A DNA stretch of 64,000 nt from an uncultured Gemmatimonadales bacterium (GCA_963783305.1 CAWAMW010000015.1:96001-160000), one strand, 5' to 3'. Positions 39,059-49,555 are shown, counted from the first letter of the stretch. The notes: generated by a model not told the origin, from the sequence alone. Translations and numbers: made by a program.

Positions 39059-41236
39059 ATGAGCATGGCGACGAAGGGATCCAGTAAGAAGAAAGCGAAG
39101 GGCGGCGCCCGCAAGGATTCTTCCAGATCCGGTAAGGTGCGAAAGAACGGCGGACCCGACAAGGCGACCCAGCTCGGCTTCTACCGCACCATGTTCTCGG
39201 CGCGGCGTACCGACGACAAGGAGATCGGGCTCAAGCGCCAGAACAAGATCTTCTTCCAGATCTCGGGCGCGGGCCACGAAGCGATCCAGGTGGCTGTGGC
39301 GCACCACCTCCGACCGGGGAAGGACTGGGCGTATCTCTACTACCGGGACCGCGCCCTCTCCCAGGGATTGGGGATGACGCCGTACGAGCACCTGCTCCAG
39401 GCGGTGGGTGCGGAATCGGATCCGGCGAGCGGCGGTCGCCAGATGCCGTCGCACTGGGGCCACCGCGACCTGCGCATCGTCTCCACCTCCTCCCCCACGG
39501 GCACCCAGTTCCTGCAGTCGGTGGGAACGGCAGAGGGCGCGTGGCGCGCCTCGCTGCTGGACGAGATGCGCGAGAAGATCGAAGACTTCGAGGACGACGA
39601 GGTCGTGCTATGCACCACCGGCGAAGGACAGACCTCGGAGGGGGAGTTCTGGGAGGCGTTGAACACCGCGTCCAACCTGAAGCTGCCGGTCATCTTCCTC
39701 ATAGAAGACAATGGCTATGCGATCTCCGTTCCCCGCGAAGTCGGCATCTCCGGCGGGAGCGTGAGCAAACTGGTCAGCGGGTTCCCCGACCTGCTGATCG
39801 AGGAGGTGGACGGGACGGACGTGCTGGCCAGCGTCGAGGCGGCGGAGAAGGTCGTCCGGTACGCCCGCGAGCGAAAGGGTCCGGCACTGCTGCACGCCCG
39901 GGTCATCCGCCCGTACTCGCACTCCATGTCCGATGACGAGCGGATGTACCGGACGGAGGAGGAGCGCGAGGCCGAGGCCACGAGGGACCCGCTTGTGACG
40001 TTCCGTCGCTACCTGGAGGAGGAGGGGGGGGTAACCGCGGAGGAGCTGGAGGCCCTCGAGAAGGAGGTGAACGACGAGATCAATGATGCCTCCGACCGGG
40101 CCCTCGAGCAGCCGCAGCCGGGGCCGGAAACGGCCATGAAATGGCTGTACTCCGAGGACGTGGACGCCACCTCTGACGATTTCGACACCGAGGACTCGCC
40201 CTCCTTCGAGGGTGACGAGACCACCATGGTGGATCTGCTCAACTCGTGCATGCGCAACGAGATGGAGCGGGACCCGCGGATCGTGGTGTTCGGCGAGGAT
40301 GTGGCGGATGTGAGTCGGGAGGATCTTCTCGACAAGGTGAAGGGCAAGGGCGGCGTCTTCAAGGTGACCGCCGGGCTCCAGCGGACCTTCGGCGGGACAC
40401 GGGTCTTCAACTCACCGTTGGCCGAGGCGAACATCGTGGGACGCGCCATCGGCATGGCCGTGCGGGGCCTCAGGCCCGTGGTCGAGATCCAGTTCTTCGA
40501 TTACATCTGGCCGGCGTTCATGCAGATCCGCAACGAGCTGGCCACCATGCGGTACCGGAGCGGTGGCGCCTGGGATGCGCCGGTCGTGATCCGGGTCACC
40601 TATGGGGGCTACCTCAAGGGCGGTTCCATCTATCACAGCCAGACCGGTGAAACGCTCTTCACGCACTCCCCGGGGCTGCGCGTGGTCATGCCATCCACCG
40701 CCCTCGATGCCGCGGGCCTGCTCCGTACGGCCATCCGCTCGGAAGACCCTGTCATCTTCCTCGAGCACAAGCACCTCTACCGCCAGGTCTACAACAAGAG
40801 CCCCTATCCCGGGCCCGAGTTCATGATCCCGTTCGGCAAGGCGAAGGTCGTGCGGGAGGGCACGGACCTGACCGTCGTGACCTGCGGGGCGGTGGTAAAG
40901 CGGTCGCTGGACGCCGCCAAGATCGCGGAGCAGGATGGCGTGAGCGTGGAGGTGATCGACCTGCGGTCCCTGAACCCGCTCGACATGGAGACCATCGCCG
41001 CGAGCGTCAAGAAGACCAACAAGGTGGTGGTGGCCTACGAGGACAGCCTGAGCTGGGGCATAGGGAGCGAGATCAGCGCCCGCATCGCCAGTGACCTGTT
41101 CGAGTGGCTCGATGGCCCCGTCAGGCGCGTGGCCAGCCTGGACACCTGGGTCGCGTACGCACCGCAGCTCGAGGCCGCGATCCTGCCGAACGCCGACGAC
41201 GTCCTGAAGGCCATCCGGGAGCTGGCGGACTACTAG
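39059..41236 (+). CDS. 2-oxoacid dehydrogenase E1, fused alpha/beta subunits (probably branched-chain type)
   Basis: GAGHEA, GRQMPSH, ThDP motif GEG...[31 protein letters not shown]. Confidence 0.93.
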   Translation: MSMATKGSSKKKAKGGARKDSSRSGKVRKNGGPDKATQLGFYRTMFSARRTDDKEIGLKRQNKIFFQISGAGHEAIQVAVAHHLRPGKDWAYLYYRDRALSQGLGMTPYEHLLQAVGAESDPASGGRQMPSHWGHRDLRIVSTSSPTGTQFLQSVGTAEGAWRASLLDEMREKIEDFEDDEVVLCTTGEGQTSEGEFWEALNTASNLKLPVIFLIEDNGYAISVPREVGISGGSVSKLVSGFPDLLIEEVDGTDVLASVEAAEKVVRYARERKGPALLHARVIRPYSHSMSDDERMYRTEEEREAEATRDPLVTFRRYLEEEGGVTAEELEALEKEVNDEINDASDRALEQPQPGPETAMKWLYSEDVDATSDDFDTEDSPSFEGDETTMVDLLNSCMRNEMERDPRIVVFGEDVADVSREDLLDKVKGKGGVFKVTAGLQRTFGGTRVFNSPLAEANIVGRAIGMAVRGLRPVVEIQFFDYIWPAFMQIRNELATMRYRSGGAWDAPVVIRVTYGGYLKGGSIYHSQTGETLFTHSPGLRVVMPSTALDAAGLLRTAIRSEDPVIFLEHKHLYRQVYNKSPYPGPEFMIPFGKAKVVREGTDLTVVTCGAVVKRSLDAAKIAEQDGVSVEVIDLRSLNPLDMETIAASVKKTNKVVVAYEDSLSWGIGSEISARIASDLFEWLDGPVRRVASLDTWVAYAPQLEAAILPNADDVLKAIRELADY

Positions 41237-41239
41237 GCT

Positions 41240-41410
41240 GGGCTCGCCTTCGGCTCGCGGGGGGCGGCCTAATCGGCCGCGGAGAGCGGCCTATCGGCCG
41301 CGGGGGGCTCGCCTTCGGCTCGCGGAGAGCGGCCTATCGGCCGCGGGGGGCTCGCCTTCGGCTCGCGGAGAGCGGCCTACGGCCGCGGGGGGCTCGCTAT
41401 CGCTCGCGGA
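41240..41410. repeat. Left array of about 8 palindromic 21-22 bp units (43-bp A+B period)
   Basis: A=GGGGCTCGCCTTCGGCTCGCGG, B=AGAGCGGCCTATCGGCCGCGG. Confidence 0.9.
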
Positions 41411-41792
41411 AGTAGATGGCGCGGCGGGTGAGGATTCGGGTGGCGCGGAGAAGGAGGGAGCGGAGGCGCTGCTCCGCTGAATCGGCGACCAGCCCCCTCC
41501 GGGCGAGGAAGCTGAGGATGGCGGCCGTCTCGGTGGCGGAGCGGCAGGCGTAGCGGTAAAAGCGCGCCTTGTCGCCACGACTGTATTCCCCGTGGGCTTC
41601 CGCGGTGTTCGTCAGCACCGACAGGCCCGCGCGGCCCAGTTGGGATGCACCCCACGGTCGCCCACGGCGGATGCGCAGCGCCACCTCATCCGCCATCTCC
41701 GCGATCTCCATAGCCAGCCCGAACACCTCCTCGTCCTCGAACCTGAAGTGCTCCGCCGCCCCCGCACGTTGTCCCGCCGCTCGATCACCCAT
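41397..41792 (-). CDS. Four-helix-bundle protein (23S rRNA-IVP / Avd-like family)
   Basis: FRFEDEEVF..A, SQLGRAGLSVLTNTAEAHGE...DKARFYRYACRSATE family pattern; 131 aa. Confidence 0.88.
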   Translation of the reverse strand: MGDRAAGQRAGAAEHFRFEDEEVFGLAMEIAEMADEVALRIRRGRPWGASQLGRAGLSVLTNTAEAHGEYSRGDKARFYRYACRSATETAAILSFLARRGLVADSAEQRLRSLLLRATRILTRRAIYFRER

Positions 41793-41842
41793 ACCCGAAG
41801 TTCATGCCGCTCCGTGGGCAAAGCCATGGTCCAATGAGCCCG

Positions 41843-42050
41843 GCGAGCGCAGCGAGCCCTCCGCGGCCGAAGGCGAACCCGCCGCGGCCGAAGGCCGCCC
41901 TCCGCGAGCCGAAGGCGAGCCCTCCGCGGCCGAAGGCCGCCCTCCGCGAGCCGAAGGCGAACCCTCCGCGGCCGAAGGCCGCCCTCCGCGAGCCGAAGGC
42001 GAGCCCTCCGCGGCCGAAGGCCGCCCCCCGCGGAGAGCGCCAGCGAGCCG
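41843..42050. repeat. Right array of about 10 palindromic 20-22 bp units (42-bp period), reverse complement of the left array
   Basis: GAGCCCTCCGCGGCCGAAGGCCGCCCTCCGCGAGCCGAAGGC repeated. Confidence 0.9.
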
Positions 42051-42069
42051 CCCCCCCTATCTTCCCGCC

Positions 42070-43176
42070 ATGACCGCCACGTTCCGCTTCCTCAGAGAGT
42101 TCCTGCGCCCGCGGCCGCACGCGGTGGTGCGAGAGGAGACGTCGTACGAACGGGATGGACGGCGGCTCCCGGCCACGCTCTACCGTCCAGCATCCGGGCG
42201 TCCCGACCGGCCGCTCCCGGGGTGGATCACGCTCCACGGTCTCACCCGCAGGGGCCGCGAGCATCCGTCCCTTGACCGATTAGCCAGGGCGGTAGCGGCA
42301 TCGGGGGCGGTGGTGCTGGTACCGGATCTGCCGGAGTGGCGCGAGCTGCACATCGCGCCGGAGACGACGGTCGCGACGATCAAGGCGGCGGTGCTGGAGC
42401 TCGACGGGAGGCCCCTGACGGAGGCCGGCCGGATCGGCGTGATCGGCTTCTCGTTCGGTGCGACGCAGGCGCTGGTGGCGGCCACGGACCCGGCACTGCG
42501 CAGCCACCTTGCGGGAGTGGTGGCGTGGGGCGGCTACGCGGACATTTTCCAGGCCACCCGGTTCGCGTTCCTGGGGAGACACGAGCTGGACGGGACGGAA
42601 TACCACCTCGACCCGGACCCCTATGGCCGCTGGATCCTGGCGGGTAACTACCTGACGCTTCTCCCGGAGCACGCGGACGACCACGCGCTGGCGGAGGCGC
42701 TCCTCGGTCTGGCGCAGGACGTGGGCCGGTTGGAGATCATGTCGTGGAGCCCGGAAACGGACCCCATGAAGGTGGCCGCGCGCTCCGGCCTGACCCGCGT
42801 CCAGCAAGAAGTCTTCGACCTGGTGGCGCCTCCGGCGGATTCGTCGTACGGAGCGGAGGAGCGGCGTCGAGTGGAGGAGCTGGTGCGGCGAATGACGGAG
42901 CGGGCGGTGGACCGGGAGCCGCTGCTGGAGGCGCGGCCCTACCTGAGCGGGGTGCCCGTCCCGGTCTGTCTCGCCCATGGGCGAGAGGATCGGCTCATGC
43001 CGTGGACGGAGATGATCCGGCTCAGGCGCCAGCTGCCGGAGGACCGGGTGCGCTACAGCGCTGTCACCAGCCTCTTCTCCCACTCCTTCGGAGAGCGCCG
43101 GTTTCCCTCCCCTGCCGTCCTTCTGGAGATGGTGCGCTTCGTTCGCCTGATCAGCCGGATGCTCCGTCTGATCTGA
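42070..43176 (+). CDS. Alpha/beta hydrolase fold protein
   Basis: LHG, GFSFG nucleophile elbow, HGREDRLMP; start at ATG 42070, after the repeat array. Confidence 0.8.
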   Translation: MTATFRFLREFLRPRPHAVVREETSYERDGRRLPATLYRPASGRPDRPLPGWITLHGLTRRGREHPSLDRLARAVAASGAVVLVPDLPEWRELHIAPETTVATIKAAVLELDGRPLTEAGRIGVIGFSFGATQALVAATDPALRSHLAGVVAWGGYADIFQATRFAFLGRHELDGTEYHLDPDPYGRWILAGNYLTLLPEHADDHALAEALLGLAQDVGRLEIMSWSPETDPMKVAARSGLTRVQQEVFDLVAPPADSSYGAEERRRVEELVRRMTERAVDREPLLEARPYLSGVPVPVCLAHGREDRLMPWTEMIRLRRQLPEDRVRYSAVTSLFSHSFGERRFPSPAVLLEMVRFVRLISRMLRLI

Positions 43177-44191
43177 TCGACCGCATCGTGGAGATCCCCT
43201 CTCGGATCCGCTCCAGCAGCCACTCCACGGCGGCGGGATCGCCCGGGGTGGGGTCCAGCGGCTTGCCCTGAACTTCGCGGATCGCCACGCGGGCCATATA
43301 CTGATGCCCTCCACCCATCCCCTCCTCCTCCGCGAGGGTTTTCGCCAGGTCGCCCGCCGAGAGCGTGGCGCCCGCGCGCCGCAGGTTGATGACCAGCTGG
43401 CCCTCCACCAGTCCAGCGGCCGCCGACCACGAGACCCCCTCGATCCCGAGACAGAAGTCCGCCAGGCTGGGCAGCACGTTGGCGGCGCGGGGATCGAGCG
43501 GGCCCGCCCATGCCACGGCCACCTCTCCGTCGATGCCGAGCCCTGCCAGGCCGCTGCCCAGAGCCCGGACGGCGGCCTGGGAGAAGGCCGGACGCCCGAT
43601 CTTTCTAAGCAGCTCGTGGTCCGCGATCCCCTGGAGAAAGGCGTACGCCTCGACATCGGCGGCCGTGGTCCCCCGACGCAGCACCTCGGTATCCGTGCGA
43701 ATGCCGTACACGAGGGCGGTGGCGAGGCGCGGTGTAATGCCGCGCTCGTCGTTCACACACAGGTACTCGGTCACCATGGTCGCGGCCGCGCCCATCTGCG
43801 GGCGAATATCCACGAAATCGGCGGAGTATCCGCGCCGAACCGGGTGATGGTCGATGACGGCATAGCGGGTCTGCGACTCGACGGGTGCGGGCTGTGTGTC
43901 TACGGCGATCACCCGCTTGAAGTGGTGGAGCTCCGACTCACTCACTCGCACCACGCGCAGGTCCAGCAGCTCCGCCAGCCGCCGGTTCTCGGGCCGCGTC
44001 ACCTCGCCCAGGCTGATCACCGGCGCGTCCTCTTCCTCACGGTGCAGGACCGTCCTGAGCCCGAGCGCGCTCGCCATCCCGTCGGGATCCGGGTCCTGCT
44101 GGACCAGGATCGGTACCACATCGGTTCCCTGGGCGAACGCCCTGAGGTCGTGAACGCGTCTGGCCGCCTCCGCGGCCCTGGTGTCCGTTAT
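43151..44191 (-). CDS. DHH family phosphoesterase (start uncertain: ATA 44191, CTG 44197 or GTG 44119)
   Basis: DPDPDG, VDT, IDHH, GIRTDT, GGGH. Confidence 0.85.
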   Translation of the reverse strand: MTDTRAAEAARRVHDLRAFAQGTDVVPILVQQDPDPDGMASALGLRTVLHREEEDAPVISLGEVTRPENRRLAELLDLRVVRVSESELHHFKRVIAVDTQPAPVESQTRYAVIDHHPVRRGYSADFVDIRPQMGAAATMVTEYLCVNDERGITPRLATALVYGIRTDTEVLRRGTTAADVEAYAFLQGIADHELLRKIGRPAFSQAAVRALGSGLAGLGIDGEVAVAWAGPLDPRAANVLPSLADFCLGIEGVSWSAAAGLVEGQLVINLRRAGATLSAGDLAKTLAEEEGMGGGHQYMARVAIREVQGKPLDPTPGDPAAVEWLLERIREGISTMRSIRSDGASG

Positions 44192-45129
44192 TGACAGTTT
44201 GGTAACCCGCTCCCGTCATCCATGGTCAAGAGGTGCCGGCGCCGCACGACGAGTGAACCGAAGACACCGGTCCCGTCGCCGCTGACGCTGGGCACCCGAA
44301 CCTGCCCGGATGGATTGAAGTTCCCGCCCCGCGCCCAGTTCACATAGTTCTGGTCGCCGGCCGCCACGATGATCTCCGCTCGCGCGCCGTTCGGCAATCC
44401 GTCCTGTAACGCGAGGAGCAAGTCCCGCTCCACCGTAAACCGGTCGAAGACGCCGAACTCGCCGGGGAATACGATCGTCGTGTCGGCTCCGCCGACGGAG
44501 AGGCCCACCAGCTCCAGCTCGTTCGGGGGTTCGGGGATCCCGAGCTCCGCCAGCCCCTTTGCCAGGTTCTGGAAGTTCGCGACCGTCTGGTACGCGCGGG
44601 CGCCCTCCGACTGCGACCACACCAGCCGGAAGGAGCGGGCGGGCTCGACGAGGCACGCCGCCGAGCCGGGCAGTATGACCTCGAACTCGCCAGGCACCGT
44701 CGTGCGGCCGGTGAGGCGCCGGCCGTCGCTGAGCGTCACGTCCAGCCGATAGGTCATGCCGGGGCGTACGAAGTCGGGAACCGGCAGAGACGTGTAGCAG
44801 CTCCCGCCCTGCCCCTCCGGGTACTGCGTGTAGTACGCGCACTGCTGGCGCACGGTGGGGTTGAAGCCGGGGAAGAAGACCAGCTCCACTCCGGCTTCGT
44901 TCCGCACGCGAACCTCGGCGCCGGTCACCCGGATCGTGCTGTCCGACCCCGGCGTGGTCCGGTAGAGGAACACCTCCTGCCGCGCGAGCTCCGGCCGCAG
45001 GTACACCTCAGCCACCACGATGTCCGCCGGGACCGCCACCTCCACCGTCGCGATCTCACACCCGGACAGCCACGCCGCCGCCAGCAGCAGCGCCGCGCTC
45101 GCTGCGAATCCCCTCGTGATCCAGCTCAA
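44188..45129 (-). CDS. DUF4249-like lipoprotein partner of a TonB-dependent receptor
   Basis: LSGC lipobox; PGMTYRLDVT, C-terminal PSVSGDGTGVFGS; coupled to the upstream receptor gene. Confidence 0.75.
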   Translation of the reverse strand: MSWITRGFAASAALLLAAAWLSGCEIATVEVAVPADIVVAEVYLRPELARQEVFLYRTTPGSDSTIRVTGAEVRVRNEAGVELVFFPGFNPTVRQQCAYYTQYPEGQGGSCYTSLPVPDFVRPGMTYRLDVTLSDGRRLTGRTTVPGEFEVILPGSAACLVEPARSFRLVWSQSEGARAYQTVANFQNLAKGLAELGIPEPPNELELVGLSVGGADTTIVFPGEFGVFDRFTVERDLLLALQDGLPNGARAEIIVAAGDQNYVNWARGGNFNPSGQVRVPSVSGDGTGVFGSLVVRRRHLLTMDDGSGLPNCQ

Positions 45130-47465
45130 AACCGCACCTCCGCACCCAGCGTCGGCAGGAAGGGGAGCATGGAAATGCCGCTCCGCGTGGGCGGGCTCGC
45201 CTCGTAGTCGAAGAAGTAGAAGAGCACGTTGTCGCGCCGGTTGTAGACGTTCAGGAGGTCAAGGAAGGGTCGGACCGTTCCCCACGAGGTGCGGTAGTCC
45301 TTTCGAAAGCTCACATCGAGGCGATGGTAGGCGGGATATCGCTCGGCGTTGCGATCCCCCAGGATGACGGCCGACTGCTGGTCGTCGTCCTCCCCCGTCT
45401 GGGGCACCAGCAGACCGTCATCGATCCGGTAGCTGTAGAACGTGTGGGACCCCACCGGACGCGTATAGGGCAGGCCACTCCCGAGATTGAACCTCAGGCC
45501 CCCGTCGATCCCGGCGGGTACCGGGAATCGGAGCACCAGGTCCACGTCCCAGCGGCGGTCGAAGATCGGCGGATACGTGACCGGACGGGGCTCCACCGCG
45601 ATGGGGTCCGGGAAAGTGCGCTCGGCCCGGAGGTAGGACACCGCGATCCAGCCATCGACCCGATGGTCGCGGCTCATCCCACGCCGCACCAGAACGTCCA
45701 CGCCCCACGAGCGGCCCGTGCCGCGAAGGACGTCATCCGACGGGTCGTTCGGGTCATCGGCGCCGTTGGTGGCCACGACGCCATCGAACGTTCGATAGTA
45801 GGCCTCGACACGGCCACTCCACTCCCCCACCAGCTGCTCCCACCCGAGCTGGACCTGGTCCGAGACCACCACCGGCACGTTCCGGCCCGCCGTAATCCAC
45901 AGGTCGATTCCGATGGGTACTTCCTCATCGCGCAGGGAGTGCAGCACCTGCGTGTAGCGACCGGCCGCCAGCTTGATCGCGGCATCGCCGTCGCGGACGA
46001 ATCGCTTCACCGCCAGTCGCGGCGCCGGCTCCACCAATGCGTCGGCCGACGACGCGTCCCACACATCGACGCGGGCGCCTACCTCGACCCGCCACGCATC
46101 ATTCTGCCACGCCACCTGCCCATACGACGCCCCCAGCCACCCTTCGTCGCCACTCCCGCCGAACTCGGTGCCGCCGCTCTCGAACTGGTTCTCGTATTCG
46201 ATCCGCGCCACCTCCCCGCCAAGCCCGAGGGTCGTGCGGCCCAGCGGCACCCCGAGGTCCACCCGCCCGCGACTCTCCGAGATCCGGCTCCCGATCCGGG
46301 TGTCCTCGAAGTCGGGAAACAGGATGTCCGTCTGGAAGCTCGAGGACGAGACGCGGCTCTCGAGATCCAGCCCCCGCACCGTGCCCGCCCATCCCAGCCC
46401 CCCCACGCGGTTGCCCCACTCCAGCCGGAGCGGCAACGGAACGGCGTCCGACTCCCGCAGGTCCAGGAGGTCGGTGCCGCTGTACCCACTGACCGTCCAC
46501 ACCCCGTTCTCCGTCCACGCCTGCGCGACGCCCTGGAAGTCGGTGAGGTGGTACGGGAACTCCACCACCGGTTGGAGGAGCACGTCCAGGTACGAGCGCC
46601 GGACGGAGACGCGGGCGTTCAGGGCCTGAAGTCCGAGCGACCGCGCCGTCTCCCTCGGCAGCCCGGTGGAGATGGCGGCGCGTGACGCGATCAGCGAAAT
46701 GCCGGCATCCACGCCGAACGAGCCATCCCCGGCGTCGCTGCGGACGTTCAGCACCGACGAAACGCGACCGCCGTACCGCGCCGGGAACCCGCCCGCGAGC
46801 AGCTCGGTGCGGTCCACCATGTCTGCGTTGAACACGCCGAACACGCCGCCCAGATGAAAGGGGTTGTAGATGGGCACGCCATCCAGCAGAATCAGGTTCT
46901 GGTCCGCCGCGCCCCCCCGCACGTTGAACGAGGCCGAGAAGTCGGAGGTCGAAATGACACCCGGCAGCACTTCCACGGCCCGGAGGACATCGGCCTCTGC
47001 GAGACCCGGTAGCTGCTGGATCTCCGAGCGCGCGAGCTCCACACGGGTCGTGCCCACCTCCTGTTCGAACGCCGTCCGCTCACGCCGGCCTTCCACTCGG
47101 ATGGACCCCAGACTCACGGGGCTCGCCATCAGCATCAGCGTGACCTGCTGCACCGCCCCCGGCTCCACGTCAACGCGCACCGGCTCCCCCTCGTACCCGA
47201 ACGCCACCGCCTCGACCCGGTAGCCGCCCGCGGGAACCCGCGTGAACAGGAACTGCCCGTCAACGCTCGTGACCGTGCGCCCCACCAGCGCCGTGTCCCG
47301 CCGCAGAAGGACGTCGACGCGGGCCAGCGGGCCGACCGCCGACCGGACCTCCCCCGCCACACCCCCCGCCTGCGCACGGGCCTCGCCCGCCGCCCAGGGC
47401 CCCGCCAGCACCAGGAGCGCGGCCACCCACAGCGACACACTCCATCCGCCCGTTATCGACGCCAC
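45126..47465 (-). CDS. TonB-dependent receptor with N-terminal carboxypeptidase-regulatory-like domain (start approximate)
   Basis: Plug LPGV...FNVRGG..DQNLILLDG...GGFPARYGGRVSSV; YHRLD, NVYN, C-terminal F. Confidence 0.9.
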   Translation of the reverse strand: MASITGGWSVSLWVAALLVLAGPWAAGEARAQAGGVAGEVRSAVGPLARVDVLLRRDTALVGRTVTSVDGQFLFTRVPAGGYRVEAVAFGYEGEPVRVDVEPGAVQQVTLMLMASPVSLGSIRVEGRRERTAFEQEVGTTRVELARSEIQQLPGLAEADVLRAVEVLPGVISTSDFSASFNVRGGAADQNLILLDGVPIYNPFHLGGVFGVFNADMVDRTELLAGGFPARYGGRVSSVLNVRSDAGDGSFGVDAGISLIASRAAISTGLPRETARSLGLQALNARVSVRRSYLDVLLQPVVEFPYHLTDFQGVAQAWTENGVWTVSGYSGTDLLDLRESDAVPLPLRLEWGNRVGGLGWAGTVRGLDLESRVSSSSFQTDILFPDFEDTRIGSRISESRGRVDLGVPLGRTTLGLGGEVARIEYENQFESGGTEFGGSGDEGWLGASYGQVAWQNDAWRVEVGARVDVWDASSADALVEPAPRLAVKRFVRDGDAAIKLAAGRYTQVLHSLRDEEVPIGIDLWITAGRNVPVVVSDQVQLGWEQLVGEWSGRVEAYYRTFDGVVATNGADDPNDPSDDVLRGTGRSWGVDVLVRRGMSRDHRVDGWIAVSYLRAERTFPDPIAVEPRPVTYPPIFDRRWDVDLVLRFPVPAGIDGGLRFNLGSGLPYTRPVGSHTFYSYRIDDGLLVPQTGEDDDQQSAVILGDRNAERYPAYHRLDVSFRKDYRTSWGTVRPFLDLLNVYNRRDNVLFYFFDYEASPPTRSGISMLPFLPTLGAEVRF

Positions 47466-47706
47466 TCTCCCTCTTGCGATCCCCGTATCTCCCTTCCACC
47501 CCGGGCTCCACGCTGTCCATCTCCAAGCACGCTCCTCGGCTCCACTCGCGTGGCCCGCGCCGCTGGAAGATAGCCCGAGACCGCGGCCACGACGAGGACG
47601 GTGACCGTGACCGCACCGGGGACCCAGCCGTGAAGGGATCTCGACCGGAACGGCCGGTTTCCGTATCTTTCGAGCGATCGATGCCCCTGCACCGCGGATC
47701 GTTATC

Positions 47707-49395
47707 ATGAAGTCCCTGCTCCGCCGGATCCTCACGGGAGGATCTGGCGCTACGCCGGCCGCGAAGGCCGGGTCGTCGGACATGACGGTTCTCCACGATG
47801 AGCGGTTCCGTCGCATTGTGGAGATCGCGGCGGACGCCATCATCTCCACGGATGAGACCGGCCGGATCGTCCTGTTCAATCGCGGCGCCGAGGAGATCTT
47901 CGGCTATCAACGCTCGGAGGTGCTCGGGGAGGAGCTGATCATGCTGCTCCCCGAGCGGTTCCGCCCCTACCACACGGCCCACATCCAGCGCTTCGCCGAC
48001 AGCAGCATCGACGCGCGCCGGATGGGGGAGAGGCGTGAGATTGCGGGGCTCCGCAAAGACGGCCGGGAGTTCCCCGCCGAGGCCTCGATCTCCCACATGG
48101 ATACCGCCACGGGCATGCTCTTCAACGTGGTGCTCCGCGATATCACGGACCGGAAGAAGGTAGAGGAGACGCAGCGGTTCCTTGCCGATGCCAGCGCGGT
48201 GCTCGCCCGCTCTCTCGACTACGAGACCACTCTGCTGGGTCTCGCGCGCCTCGCGCTCCCCCATCTCGGCGACTGGTGCGTGATCGACCTTCTCCAGGAG
48301 GACGGCACGCTCCGGCGCATCCAGGCCGCCCACCGCGACCCGGAGCTGGACGAGCTCGTCCAGGGGCTCTGTGCCTACCCGCCGGAGCCCGCCCGGCCAC
48401 ACCCATCCCTCACCGTACTCGAGACGGGACAGCCCGAACTCATCGAGTCCGTTTCCGACGCGTTCATTGAGGCTATCGCGGCCGATGACGAGCACCTCCG
48501 CATCCTACGCACCGCCGGACTGACCTCGCTCCTGGTCGTTCCGCTGGTTGCCCGCAGGCGCACCCTCGGGGCGTTCGCGCTCGCCTCCAGCGACCCGGCC
48601 CGCCCGTACACCGCCGACGACCGTATGCTCGCCGACGAGCTCGGCCGCCGCGCCGCCCTCGCCGTCGACAACTCGCGCCTCTACCGGCAGGCCCGGGACG
48701 CCATCGCGGCCCGCGACGAGGTGCTGAGCGTGGTCTCTCACGACCTCGGCAATCCACTCAGCGCCATCCGCGTTTCCGCCCGGGTTCTCGATCGTCTCCT
48801 CCAGGACGGGCGGCCCGCTGAGGCGGCGCAGCAGCTGGAAGGGGTTCGCACGGCCGTGACCCAAATGGAGCGGCTGATCCGCGACCTCCTGGAAGTGCGG
48901 CGCATCGAGGCCGGCCGACTCAAGCTCGTGCGACGTCCGGAATCCGTCTCGAGCCTGGTAGAGGAAGCGGGCCGGAGCCTCCGGTCGGTGGCCGAGGAGC
49001 AGGGGGTGCGGATCGAATGCGACGTGGACCCGGGCGTACCCGCGACCATACGGGTCGACGCCGATCGAGTTCGGCAGATCTTCTCCAACCTCATCGGCAA
49101 TGCGCTCCGGTTCACCCCCGCGGAGGGCTGCATCACGGTGGGTGCGGCGCCCGCTCCGGGCGGGGTGGAGTTCTGGGTGCAGGACACGGGTCCCGGGATG
49201 GCCGCCGGCGACCTCGAGCACGTCTTCGACCGCTTCTGGCAGGCGCGCCAGCAGGGCAGCCACGGCATCGGACTCGGCCTCTCCATCGCCAAGGGCATGA
49301 CCGAAGCCCATGGCGGAGAGGTCAGGGTGGAGAGCGAGGAAGGGCGCGGCTCCCGCTTCTGCTTCTTCCTGCCGCTGGACGGCAGGCAGGATTAG
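47707..49395 (+). CDS. PAS-GAF sensor histidine kinase (cytoplasmic)
   Basis: PAS, GAF, SHDLGNPL H-box, NLIGNA, DTGPG, GIGLGL; start 47707 or 47782. Confidence 0.93.
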   Translation: MKSLLRRILTGGSGATPAAKAGSSDMTVLHDERFRRIVEIAADAIISTDETGRIVLFNRGAEEIFGYQRSEVLGEELIMLLPERFRPYHTAHIQRFADSSIDARRMGERREIAGLRKDGREFPAEASISHMDTATGMLFNVVLRDITDRKKVEETQRFLADASAVLARSLDYETTLLGLARLALPHLGDWCVIDLLQEDGTLRRIQAAHRDPELDELVQGLCAYPPEPARPHPSLTVLETGQPELIESVSDAFIEAIAADDEHLRILRTAGLTSLLVVPLVARRRTLGAFALASSDPARPYTADDRMLADELGRRAALAVDNSRLYRQARDAIAARDEVLSVVSHDLGNPLSAIRVSARVLDRLLQDGRPAEAAQQLEGVRTAVTQMERLIRDLLEVRRIEAGRLKLVRRPESVSSLVEEAGRSLRSVAEEQGVRIECDVDPGVPATIRVDADRVRQIFSNLIGNALRFTPAEGCITVGAAPAPGGVEFWVQDTGPGMAAGDLEHVFDRFWQARQQGSHGIGLGLSIAKGMTEAHGGEVRVESEEGRGSRFCFFLPLDGRQD

Positions 49396-49555
49396 GGCCG
49401 CCTCGCGCCCGGAGATCTGCGCCATCGCGCACTCTCCGCGCGTGAGAAGGTGGTCAAGCCGACCGCCTCACGCTACACTATGGGCGCGGCGCATCGAGAG
49501 CAGTGGTCTCGGGTAGCCGCTCATGACGACGTTATCGTAGACTCGCAACCGGGCG

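Noticed and set aside
41397..41792. Diversity-generating retroelement based on the Avd-like gene
   Set aside because: No reverse transcriptase and no template/variable repeat pair seen in the window.
41240..42050. Repeat arrays as a CRISPR array
   Set aside because: Units are contiguous with no unique spacers, and no cas genes are in the window.
41569..42069. N-terminal extension of the hydrolase with EPSAAEGRPPRAEG repeats
   Set aside because: It is the DNA repeat array read in frame plus antisense of the four-helix-bundle gene; ATG 42070 fits better.
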